From assembly GCA_026936335.1 (NCBI GenBank), contig JAPMXV010000030.1:62001-126000 (forward strand): 64,000 nt of DNA, in the 5' to 3' direction. Positions 1-11,010 of the stretch are shown here, piece by piece. Origin of the DNA: Mantamonas sphyraenae STR306 (lineage: Eukaryota; Protista; CRuMs). The notes under the pieces are model-generated. The model ran no database searches and was not told where the DNA came from. It worked only from the letters and a program-made list of their open reading frames with translations. A program made the translations under genes and the position numbers. Every line of letters begins with the position of its first letter. The first letter of the stretch is position 1.

Positions 1-139
1 TCTCCGCTCCTTCCTCTTCCTCAGCCTTTCCCTCCACGTCAATGAATCCGCCGAGGAGGACGATGACTCCTTCATCGTCCCCTCTGAGGTCACGCTGAAC
101 CGTCTCTTCTCTCTCTTTGCAAATCGGCCCATGTCTTGA
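1..139 (+). CDS. 3' end of an upstream gene (partial, unknown product)
   Basis: Open frame from base 2 (LRSFLFLSLSLHVNESAEEDDDSFIVPSEVTLNRLFSLFANRPMS) ending at TGA 137-139, with the local C-ending codon bias. Confidence 0.5.
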   Translation, partial: LRSFLFLSLSLHVNESAEEDDDSFIVPSEVTLNRLFSLFANRPMS

Positions 140-215
140 CCCCCCCCGCGCATGGTTGTCGCACGACCCCTTCACCAACCCATCGCTTCCCATTTTCGTC
201 CCCACACCTCCCACC

Positions 216-1010
216 ATGGACCCCGCTCCTGCAGTGACCCGCGCCCGAAAGCGCAAGTCCCAAGGCTCCCACACCTCCGACTCCGACTCCTCCCCTGAGC
301 CCGACCGCCGCCGCCAGCGCGTCAGGAACACCTCGCCCTCCGCCGCCACCACTTCCTCCTCCACCACCCAGCTCACGCACCCCAATACCACCATCTCCAC
401 CACTCAATCCACCCCCTCCACTGCGGCAGACCTCTTCCAGAACTCTCCCGACCCGTGGACTGCTCTCGAGCGCTACCTTGAATCCCGACCCCGCTTTGAG
501 CCGCGCCCTTTCCCCAGTGCCACGGCAACCATCTACACGAGCGATCTCATCTATGCCGCCAAGAACGCCACAAACACAACCACTCTTCTCGAGGAACGCC
601 TCGATTCCCTAAAAGAGCGCTTGCGCAGCTCCAGCATTCAAACGCGCATCAACGCCCTCTACTCCCTCTACCACACCATACGTTCCGTTCCCATCACTCA
701 GCACACACGCATGCTCCTCTACAACACCGTCCGCGTCATTGCCAACAACTACGTCGACCAGAACAAGCCCCAGCGCTGGCCTCCGCTCCTCGTCCTCGCC
801 ATCCTCGCCGTCTGCACTGCAAACATCGACTCCTTCACCGAAACCTCTGCCGACAAGCTCCTCCAATGGTACACAGAAGTCTCGGCCGTTGCTATTCTCC
901 CGTCCTCCTCCTCCTCCTCCTCCTCCTCCACCACCCCCAGCCACACCACGAGCACAGCCTCCTCCACCCCCTCCTCCATCTCCACCACCTCCACCTCCAC
1001 CTCCTCCTCC

Positions 1011-1041
<31 letters not shown>

Positions 1042-2581
1042 CACCCTTCCCTACCTCCCTCTCCACCACCCGTCAACCCATCCGTTTCGTCCGCAAGGCC
1101 GCACACGAGAGCTACCTGCCTCAAGCAATCCGCGCCGCCGCGCACTCCGTCCTCTGCCACGACCCATTCCAAGAGGTCAAGAATTACATCCGCTCTCTGT
1201 CCCTTCCGCACACAGAACCCTCCTTCTTCTACAACCCGCGCGCCGTTGCCACCATGGGCCCCACCACCATCCAGATTCCAGACGACATCTTTCGCCGCGT
1301 CTCCGCCGGCAAGTCCACCATCGCCCTCGTCAGCTTTGACCCTGAGCCCCTCGAGCGCAACGAAATCCCGCAGCTGCACCTTCCATACAACATTGTCGTC
1401 TGCATCGGCGGCAAGTCCATCCGCATTGTACGACCGCATCCTTTCACCCGCACAAACACACGCGCCCTCGCCCTACCCTGTGTACCCCTGCCTCTCACAC
1501 ACACACGCGTCCCCACACCACCCCACAGCCCCAACGCAGAAAACCAGCCACCCTCATGGACACCACCAACGCCAGCCGCCAGTTTGACCTCTCGTTTCGC
1601 CTCGAACACATGTGCCGCTGCAGCTTTATGCTCATGGTCCTCGAGATCGCTTCGGGCAAGGACAGGCTGCGCTCCCTCATCCAACACGTCATCGACTCCA
1701 AGCTGCCCCTCGACCAGGCCCGCAAGGCATTTCTTGCCCTCCACCACATCGAGGACAGCGATGACATTGTCATGGAGGAGCGACCTCCCCTCACGCTGCT
1801 CTGCCCGCTTTCCCAAGCCAAGATCGCCACGCCCGTACGCAGTACTGCGTGCACACACTCTGCTTGCTTCGACCTTTCCAGCTACATCCGCTCCAACAGT
1901 CTGAACCGCAAGTTCATCTGCCCCATCTGCTACAAGTCCGCCCTCCCTTTCACCCTCTTTTGCGACTCCTTTGTCCAACATATCCTCGAGTCCACGGACA
2001 AAGACACCTCCATCGTCTATGTCGACCGCCAGGGCGAGTGGTGGCAGGAACGCGACCCGTCCTCCTCCGCCCCCACCACCTCCTCCTCCCATACCCCCTC
2101 CACCACCACCACCTCCTCCTCCCATACCCCCTCCGTCTCAACAACCCCAGCCCCGTCGGCCCCCACCCCGACCCCGACAGAAGGCTCACGCAGACGACGT
2201 CGCTCGCGCAACCAACCGACCACCTCTTCGTCCTCCACCACCATCATTGTCCTCGACGACAGCGACGACGAAGAAGAACAAGGTAACTCTACCACTGACA
2301 CACCACCACCACAACAACAAGAGCAAGACGAACAAGATGCATACGGTCAACAGAATCCCCAAGATGACTGGGACGAGGACGATCTGTGGTACCACGCAGA
2401 AGACAGCCAGGCCTCCAATCTTTCCACAAACCCACCTGCACCCAACCCAACTCTGCTCTCCTCAATCCACGTCAACAAAGATTCTCTCTCTCGCCTTCTC
2501 GAACACCAGCATTCCGCTGACAGAGTCCTCGACATCGACGAAGCCATCAGCATCCTCAACCAACACAATAACACCAACTAA
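216..2581 (+). CDS. SP-RING (MIZ zinc finger) SUMO E3 ligase, Siz/PIAS-like; 2 exons, intron 1428-1528
   Basis: SP-RING motif LLCPLSQAKIATPVRSTACTHSACFD...FICPIC followed by a SUMO-interacting motif IIVLDDSDDEEE. A phase-0 GTACGA...CAG intron joins ORF 117-1904 to ORF 1556-2581 in frame. Confidence 0.85.
902..1040 (+). repeat. (TCC)n/(TCA)n/(ACC)n coding microsatellites giving poly-Ser/Thr
   Basis: Read directly; similar poly-Ser tracts occur at ~10311-10370, ~11432-11475 and ~54894-54935. Confidence 0.85.
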
Positions 2582-2601
2582 AAATTACATGTGCCCATCC
2601 A

Positions 2602-4950
2602 TCACACACAGTCTGCATCCACCAACACAGATGGCTCCATCAGCTGCTGAAACCCTGCTTCCAGCCCAAACCGCGCCTCTCGTCCGTTCCCACGCACGTG
2701 TGCCTGTATATCCACCTCGCCCAGCTCATTCCTCTCCACTTCACTCATCACTTCCTCCACTGCCTCCAGGACCTGCGCCGCTGCTAGCCGAAGCGGTCTG
2801 TGTGCATCTTCCAGTGCAGCTGCAAGCCACCGCACAGGCCGCATCGTCTCCATCACTCTCTCCACGTCCTCCTTTTCCGCATTCTCCCGCCCTTGCATCA
2901 ACGCCTGCAACAGCTGTGCATACCGCACACCCACCTCCCAATCACTGTGTCCCGCCGCCACGTCCAGCCCGCCACCTCTTCCCAGCGCCCTCCACACACT
3001 TCCTGCTGCCTCATCCTGGCCCAAGCCACTGCACAAAACCTCCAAGCTGCCTCGCACCACAAACTGGTCCGTGCAATGAGCCACACGTACCACCACCCGC
3101 TCCACCGCCTCCTGCATCTGTTCCCCATTCCGCCCCTCACCATCCATCAGCGCCCCGACTGCCTGCACTGCCACTGCCACCACCTCCTCCGACGCATCCT
3201 CTTCCATTCGCTCCAGCGCCAAGTCCATCAGGGCGCCCCATCTCCTCGCACTACACCGCTTCCCCAACCTCCCCGCGCTCTGCAGCACCAGCCGACGCAT
3301 CCACGACTCCCGGTGCAGAGATTTGGCCTGCAACACACCCATCAGCGCATCCCACGCCACGTCTTCCTCTCGTGCCTCGATCCAATCCAGGCACGCCTTG
3401 GCTGCTCGCGCATCGGTGCACTCGTCCAGCAAATCGACGGCCATGCCGCCCCACACTTCACCAACCGCCTCCCCATCGCTCGCACGTGCCACTTTGATCA
3501 CATCCACCACCCACCGCACGTTGTACTGGCCCCGTAGATCCCACGCCGTCTCAACTGCAAACTGCGCCCATGCGTTCACTTCCTCGCCGCCCACATGCGC
3601 CGCTTCCTTGCTCAACAATCCCACCCAACGCATTTCGTCCTCTGCACTTCCCTTCACCTCCGCCACATACCGTTGCACCGCGCTGTCCACTGCCTGCGGC
3701 AGCTGCCCACCCGCCGTCTCGCCCGTCCTGCTCACTCTCAACAGGGCCTCAAACCACCTGCACGGCCTCCTCTTCCACCCTGCCAATAGCCGCAACACAT
3801 GCACAGCCAGCCTTGTCGTGGCTGCTTCTGGCTGCTCCAGAACACGCGCCACTTGCTCCTGCAACTCCTCCACCATCCCGTCCGCGGCTCCGTGCATGCG
3901 CAATTGTTCCAATGCAGCCAAACAGTGCTCTTGAAGCAGCCAGTCGTGAAACGATGCCATCAGCGCATTCACAACGACCCCCGCCCATCTCTCCACCAGC
4001 TCGCGCGCAAGCTCCACATCCTCTTGCAGCGCCGCAATACCCGCAACCAAGTCACACACTATCCGCCGTCGCCTATTCAGCACCAGCTCTTGCCTGTGTC
4101 TCGCCATGCTGGCTTCCAGCGTAAGCACGCTCCTGTTTGCAAAGCGACTCGGTGCATCCGGATGCCTCGGCACCTGCTCCAGCGCCTCCACCGTCTCCTC
4201 CACACATGCACGAGCATCCTCCTCCCGCTCTGTGTTTGCCAGCACGTTCACAAACACCTCCACCGCGCTTTGCAGCACAAACACCCCCTGGTCGTGCTGG
4301 CACACCGCACACAGAAGCCCGCTCAAACTCGGCACAAGCCCCACCTCCTTCACAAACCGCACCCCTTCTGCACTGCTCGTCAAGCCTCCCAGCATAATCA
4401 ACACGTCAGCGTGCACGCGTGGCTCGTGCCACACGCTCGCATGCACGCTTTCGATGTCTTCGTCCGCCAGCTCTGCCTGAGCCGCGTAGCTCCTTGCACA
4501 CAGCCCCACAGCCTTCACCACGCCTCCCTCCACAACCTTCTTCCACGCTCCCAGCCGCCACGGCGTCTGCCTGCCCACCGCTCCCATCACCTGGCACACC
4601 ACATGCATCAGCTGCCCTCGCCGCTCCGTCAGCATCTCGCTCCGCCCATCGTCTCGCAGCCCGGCCTCTACAATCTGCGCCATCCGCTCTTTCCCGCCCG
4701 CCTCCTCAAACGCCTCCTCCATGTCTCCTGCCACACAGTGTTGCGTCAACCACTCGGCCAGATACGCGTAGAACGTATCGTCCCTGTCTGCAAGCTCACG
4801 AACTGCCCCTTCGTCCAGAAGCACCACGCACCGCTCCAGCTGCTCCTCCACGCTCATTCCCCTGGCCCCCTCCCGCCACACATCCTCCATAGCGCCCTTC
4901 TCCTCCTCCGCTTCTCCCGTCTCCAGCCGCCTACTTTTCCGCACACTCAT
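2602..4950 (-). CDS. BRAT1: BRAT1-like HEAT/ARM repeat protein (INTS11-binding)
   Basis: Intronless helical-repeat ORF. Motifs SDWEV, EDASEEVVAVAVQAVGAL and EDAHRPL plus the C-terminus DADCV resemble recalled BRAT1 motifs (DWEVR, DCDRPV, C-terminal EADCY). First ATG is at 4950. Confidence 0.7.
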   Translation of the reverse strand: MSVRKSRRLETGEAEEEKGAMEDVWREGARGMSVEEQLERCVVLLDEGAVRELADRDDTFYAYLAEWLTQHCVAGDMEEAFEEAGGKERMAQIVEAGLRDDGRSEMLTERRGQLMHVVCQVMGAVGRQTPWRLGAWKKVVEGGVVKAVGLCARSYAAQAELADEDIESVHASVWHEPRVHADVLIMLGGLTSSAEGVRFVKEVGLVPSLSGLLCAVCQHDQGVFVLQSAVEVFVNVLANTEREEDARACVEETVEALEQVPRHPDAPSRFANRSVLTLEASMARHRQELVLNRRRRIVCDLVAGIAALQEDVELARELVERWAGVVVNALMASFHDWLLQEHCLAALEQLRMHGAADGMVEELQEQVARVLEQPEAATTRLAVHVLRLLAGWKRRPCRWFEALLRVSRTGETAGGQLPQAVDSAVQRYVAEVKGSAEDEMRWVGLLSKEAAHVGGEEVNAWAQFAVETAWDLRGQYNVRWVVDVIKVARASDGEAVGEVWGGMAVDLLDECTDARAAKACLDWIEAREEDVAWDALMGVLQAKSLHRESWMRRLVLQSAGRLGKRCSARRWGALMDLALERMEEDASEEVVAVAVQAVGALMDGEGRNGEQMQEAVERVVVRVAHCTDQFVVRGSLEVLCSGLGQDEAAGSVWRALGRGGGLDVAAGHSDWEVGVRYAQLLQALMQGRENAEKEDVERVMETMRPVRWLAAALEDAHRPLRLAAAQVLEAVEEVMSEVERNELGEVDIQAHVRGNGREARFGLEAGFQQLMEPSVLVDADCV

Positions 4951-5020
4951 CCCCAAGAAACAATCACACTTTGCCTGGTGCCCCCCACGCTTTCTCCATT
5001 TCTTTTCCTTCCTCTCTCAT

Positions 5021-6898
5021 TCACCCACTGTATCCCATGGCGCCCACAAGGCCAAACGTGCTCCAGTTGTTGATCATCATCTTTTGCACCGACAAGATTG
5101 CGTTCTTCTGCACCTCCTGGTCCTTGGACGTCATGTGTGTCATCACCAGTGCCTTCAGCCCCAGCTTCTCCACAATCTGGTTGCCTCGTGGGTGGAACCG
5201 CGAAAACTCTCCCACGTCGTAGCACGCCACAGCCAGCGACGTCGGGTCGCTCTCGTTCTTCAGCGTGCGCACAAGCATGCGAAGCAGCTGAAAGTCGTTC
5301 TCTTCCAGCTGCAGCACATTCTCCCGCCAAAACTTCTCCGACTTGTGACAGTGCGACCACTGCAGCATCCCCGATTGGATTTCCTTCTTGTACCGCTCAA
5401 ACGAGCCCAGCTGGATGAGATCCCGCTGCATCGCGTCCGACAGAAACTCCAGGTCCTCCTGCACGTCCTCGTCGTCGATGTTGCGCGCCCCAATCAGCGT
5501 CAAGTGCTTGATCAAGTTCGCCTCAATCATCACCTCGTTGTTGTTGTCGATGTTTGCCAGGTTGCGCAACGCCGCAAGGCCCACTCGCACCACCTTTTCC
5601 TTCTTGCAGATGCGCAGTGCGTTCACAAGCCCCTGGATCACAGGCGTCTCTGACGACTCCTGCTGCATCATCTCGGCCACTCCCTTGTTGTACGTCAGCA
5701 GCCACAGGGCGTAAATAATCTCGTACAGGAACTGCACGTTGCCCAGCTTCTTTGTGTTCTTCTCCAGCAGGCCCGCCAGACGTGCCACGCCTCCGCTTTC
5801 CGAGAAGCACACGCGATACACATCGATTGCCAGCAGCCGCAGCAGCACGTGCACTGCAATCTGCTGCGTCGTCTGCACACGCTCCACAAGCTGGTCCGAC
5901 GCCCACAGCAGCACGCGCTCGGCCATCTGCATCGTGTTTTCAGACTCTTGCGAAGCATAGCTACACACACACACACACACACAGGCGCGCCGCCACCCCG
6001 TGTCAGCAAAAGGCACCCGCCCAACTCCCCGTTCCGCTGTTCTCCAATTACTCACCTCAGGAAGCTGCACAGGATCTGCGACGCATAGTATTGTGTGTAG
6101 TTGTCGTTCTTGTCCAGCAGACTGTCCCGTGTGCGCCCGCGTCCGCGTTTGTGAGTCCTCCCCGTCCTTGGGCACGCCTTCTCCCACGTGCGTGTATTTC
6201 AGCCCTCCCAACCACGCCCCGCCTCTTCCCTTACCTCAGAAACGGCTCGTACGGAGACATACGCATATCCTCGCACGTCTCCAGGATCTGCTTCACTCGC
6301 ACCGCCTCGTCCACTGTGCGTGTGTGCCCCGCGTGTGCAACGTGCGTCAGCGCCTCGCCTCTCAATGCACCCCCTTCCCTCTCTCACAAACCCCTTTGTC
6401 CGCTCTCGCTCGCCACCCACGCTTTCACACACCCGCCTGCGGCCACCGCCTCCATGTTCCCTGACGCTCCTCTTCCGCACCGTACACCTCTGGCTCTCTC
6501 CCACACTCACCATCCATGGCGTCCTTGAACAGCGTCAAGATGTACCCCAGGTTGTCGCGCACGTTCACCTGGCCCACAAGCTCCAGCATCACCTGGCAAA
6601 AGTCGCTCGTGTTCTCGTTGAACACATTGTCCTGCGTGTTTGCCGCCTTCTTGTCGTATCGCTCCATCAGCCGCAGCTGCTTCTCCGTGATGATCGAGCC
6701 CGTCTTGTACGCGTCCCACTTCACCGTCGTCGTGCGCACCTCGTCCGCCTGCAGCTTCAGTCCGTTCACTCCTTTGGTCATGTAGCCCACTGCTTCCGTG
6801 TCTGCATGCACAGACACCGTTGCTCGCGATGCCGAAGACGATGAAGACATGGCAGTGGCTTGTTCTGGCAATTCGGTGCCTATGTTCGCGCTTTTCAT
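5021..6898 (-). CDS. ATP6V1H: V-type ATPase V1 subunit H; 4 exons (6898-6511, 6313-6235, 6121-6056, 5960-5021)
   Basis: Hallmark motifs KEKVVRVGLAALRNL, LQWSHCHKSEKFWREN, LAVACYDVGEFSRFHPRG and VQKMM. Three GT-AG introns join the exons in frame. An alternative start at 6850 is possible. Confidence 0.95.
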
Positions 6899-6919
6899 TG
6901 TTGGTGGTTTCCTCCCTTC

Positions 6920-7560
6920 TCACTTGGCCAGCTTCTCCAGCACCGCCGTCAGGTTGTCCAGCTTCTGCGACACGTCTGCCTTGAACGCCTGAAACTCTTC
7001 GTTCGTCACAGACGCCCCCGACGACGCCTTATGGTCCTCGTGCACCGCGTGCAGCTTCTCGCGGATCGCCGCCAGCTCCTTCTCCGTCTTTTCGTGAAAG
7101 TACACCTCCTCCGCAGCACGCTCGCGTTTCTGTGTGTGTGTGCACAATGCCCATGCCGTCCATGTGCCCTCCCCCTTTGTCAGCATCCCATCCTCCTCCT
7201 CCTCTCACCTCACACTCCACGTCCCTTCCGGAACCTTCCGCGATTTCCCTCTCCCTCTCTCCAGCGACCGCTTCCCCGCCCCTTCTCCCGTGCACGAGCA
7301 CACACGCCCACACGCCCCCACCACCTTTTCCTCTTCCTCGTCACTCTTCTTCTCGTCCCATCCTCTTCACACCCTCTCCACACACTCTCGTTCCCGTCTG
7401 TGTCCCCTGCTCTCCTCCTCCCGTCACCCTTGCCCCAGCCGGCCCCTTCCCTTCCCACACAGCTTACCTGGAACGCGTCGCTCATCACCACGTTTGTCGC
7501 GGAGAACACGCCGCGACGGCCGTTCGAGATTCCAGTCACAATACGAGGGGCAATGCTCAT
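6920..7560 (-). CDS. ATPIF1: Mitochondrial F1Fo-ATPase inhibitor IF1-like; intron 7467-7130
   Basis: Spliced product: a basic presequence MSIAPRIVTGISNGRRGVF, then SDAFQ|KRERAAEEVYFHEKTEKELAAIREKL, which matches the IF1 core AFxKRExAxEExYF; coiled-coil C-terminus. Confidence 0.8.
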
Positions 7561-7646
7561 TTGTAATAGTCTGTGCTTGCAGTGCCTCCACCAACGGCCT
7601 CCATCCCACCCAACACGACCCCCTCCACCCATCTCTCCTAACCACC

Positions 7647-10600
7647 ATGCAATCCATCACCCTCCCATCCTCCTCATCCTCTTCATCCTCCGCATCCTCC
7701 GCATCCTCCTCATCCTCCTCCCCTGCCGCCCCGCTCATCATCGACACAACCCCGACACAACCCACCACCATCCGTCCTCCCACGATCCCCACTTTCTTCA
7801 CACCCATCCCAGTCGCCAAAGCCCTCCGCCTCCTTCTTGCCACCCGCCTCTCAGACATCCAGGCTGTCCCAACCGTCGACTTTGACTCCTCCGGTACGAG
7901 CCGCCCCTTCCAACACGCCTTTTCCTCTTCCACAGTGCCACAGTACCCCCAGCCACTCACGAAACAACCCCGCCACCTCCCTCCCACCCCTCCCAGATCC
8001 AACCTCCTTTGCAATCGCTTCACTCTACACCAGCCTCCACACACAACCCACGACTTCCCCGGTCCTCCTCACCACCGCTCGCCACCTCCTCCAGGCCTCC
8101 CGCCCAAAGGACAAACGCAGGATACACCTACTCTTCCACACTCTCGTCCATGCAGACCCTGAATCGTGTACCAATGCCCTCCTTGCTGCGCTAGACCCAA
8201 CCAACACCGACAGCGACCCCAAAGACCTCCTCGCCTGCCTCCACCTCCTCACCGGATACCTCACACATGCTTCCGTCCCTTCTCCTCTCACCCGCCTCTC
8301 CCTCGACGACATCCAGGCCGACCAACACGACTCGGACCTCCTTCCGAAGCTTGGCATCGCTCCCGTCCTCGCCCCACTCCCATCCCACACCCTCCACCTC
8401 CTCCCACGCCTCCACGACGCCATCTTGCACATAGCCCACCCGGACACCCCCGCACAACCCACCCGTCTCAACATGGACGCTGCAGACTGCCTCCTTTGGC
8501 TCTGCCACGCACACCCACACCACGCCCAACCCCTTCCTGACCTCCTCCTTCTTCTCTCATCCTGGTACGCCAAGCGCCAGCCCGCCACACACCTCGCTCT
8601 CGCCACCCTTGCCTCCCTAGCTCAACACAACACCGACGCCCTCCACCAACTTGCACACGCCCACCACATTCCCCTTCTCCTTCACTCCAACCCGGCCCGC
8701 GACCGCAACGCTCCCGTCGCCTTTGTCCTCATGGCCTCCTCTCTTATCCACGCTCATGCCCAACAAGACCACGACGCCCTCCTCTCAATCCTCCTCAACC
8801 TCCTTCTCCTTGCCGGCCCGCTCTCTGCACGCAAGTACGCTGCCATCTTTGCTCTCGACACACATCTCTCTCAAACCTTCATCCAGCTCCTCCTATCCCT
8901 CCTCCCGTCCCAGCACCAGCCCATCGCCGACGCCGCCGCCCTCCTTCTCGCTCGCCATCTCGCCGCAAACACAGACCCGTCCCACGACCACGCCTCCCTC
9001 GCAACCCCGCTCCTCAACCTACTCGACGACGACCCCGAGTCCAACCACCACTCCAACGACCTCTCTCCCGCCCTTGTCCGTTTCGTCGCCCAGTACGCCT
9101 CCGACCACCCGCAGCCCATGCTCCGGCCCCTCTTTGCACGCCTTGACCCTCAACTCCACTCCCCCACGGAGCGTGCACGCGCTCTTTCTGTCATCACACA
9201 CCTCTTTGACCTTCTCCCGTCCTTGCCCAGCCCGGACGCCCTTCGCAAACAGCTCGCTCCCTACCTCCTCCACAACCTCACCGATCTCTCCCACCTCAAC
9301 CTCCGCAAACACGCCGCCTCTCTCTTTGCAAACCTCGACCCAGCCTACATCCTCCCTCGCTCCTGCGCCTCTTCCTCCACACTGCCTCTGGCGCACGAGC
9401 CGCCGCAGAGGAGGCTCTCCTCGCTCTTCTCACAAATCACAGCGACGTCCCACACGCCATCCTCACCCTTCTTGACTGCCTCCGCCACGGCATCCCTCTC
9501 GACGAAACCCCAGAGGCCCCAACCTCCCCGGCTGCCATTGCCACAAGCACACATCACAACCCGACCCACGACAAACAACAGCAACGGTGGCAGGAACGCG
9601 TCTATACCCTCCTCCCTCGTTGGGCTGAACTCTGTCCCGACCACCACTGGGCCTCCATCATCCCTGCCCTACTCCGCAAGCTCTTTCTGTTCCCCACAGA
9701 GCTTAGCATTGTCCGCCTCCTCTCTGCTGCCTCCCCACACCTTTCTCGCCACCGCATCCTCCTCTTCCGCCATCTCAACGACCTTTGGGATCCCACTGCC
9801 TCCCTCATCTTTGCCCGCCTCGCACCTCTCCTTGTCCTCCGCCTCCTCGACATTGCCCTCTTCCAGCCCGACCCACTCTCTGACGAGTTCCACTCCATCT
9901 GGATCCCCCTCTCCGACCGCCTTTTTGCCATCCTCGACGACCCCTCTGAAGAAAAGGATGTCCGCAAGGTCGCCGCAGAGCTCCTTGGCCGCTTCCACGC
10001 CTCCCACCTCCTGCCGCTCCTTCTTCACCGCCTCAACCAGCACCTTGCCGACGAGCAACACCTCTCCCTCCTCCTTGACGACCCTTCCGCCATCCAACAC
10101 TTCAAACTCTGCGTCTACATTCTCTTTTGGCATGTCTCGGCCTTTGCCAAACATCCCCACTCTCCCACCCTGGCTCGACGACATCCTCCTCCTCTTGACC
10201 CCTCTCCTCGCCCACACACACAACGACAACCCCGACTGGACCTCTGCCCTCCAGGGCATCCTCGACACCCTCTCCCTCATCCTCGCCCAACTCCTCGCCC
10301 ACATCTCCCACTCCTCCTCCCCTTCCTCCTCCTCTTCCTCCTCCTCCTCCTCCTCCTCCTCCTCCTCTTCCAACCCCCTCATCCAAGAACTCAACGACGA
10401 CGACTCACCCTCCACAAACCAACCCGTCGAGACCATCACCCACGGCATGCTCCGAGCCTTGCTTGCTCTCTACTCCTCCTCTACACTCCCCACCACAGAC
10501 CCATCCTGGACGTGGCCTGCATTCCACGACTCCCTCGGCAACCCCGACTTTGACCAGCGCGCCGCATCCATTCTCCTTGCCGCCGCTCAAAAGTTTGGCC

Positions 10601-11010
10601 TCGCTGCTGCCCATGTCTTTGCCACACACCGCCTCCAACCCATCTCCCTCCTCACACACGCCGCCGTCTACCACAACGACCTGTCCAACCGCATCCTCGC
10701 TCTCAACATCCTCTTTGTCACCGTGTACAACATGAAATCTGGCACCGCCCCACTTGCCGACGACCTCGTCGACGCTGCCCTCCGCTGCATCTCCGACAAG
10801 GCCCACTCCCAGCTCACTCTCGCTGCCCTCAAGCTCCTCGGCAGCCTCCTCGCAACAAACGACGAGCTCACCCTCGCCTCAGCCCACTCCGATGTCCATG
10901 ACGTCCACACCACCCTCTCCTCCTGTGCCATGGCACACACAGACCCCACAGTACGCAACCTTGCACAAACCCTCCTCGATGGCCTGACCGCCAGCCAACC
11001 CAACTCATGA
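7647..11010 (+). CDS. Large HEAT/ARM-repeat protein of unknown function; intron 7894-7996; apparent compensating frameshifts near 9357 and 10156
   Basis: Leu/Ala-rich helical repeats. Between ~9360 and ~10155 the protein-like sequence is in the -1 frame (IFARLAPLLVLRLL...EEKDVRKVAAELLGRFH), while the long ORF frame reads as Ser/Pro/Thr-rich noise. Confidence 0.7.
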
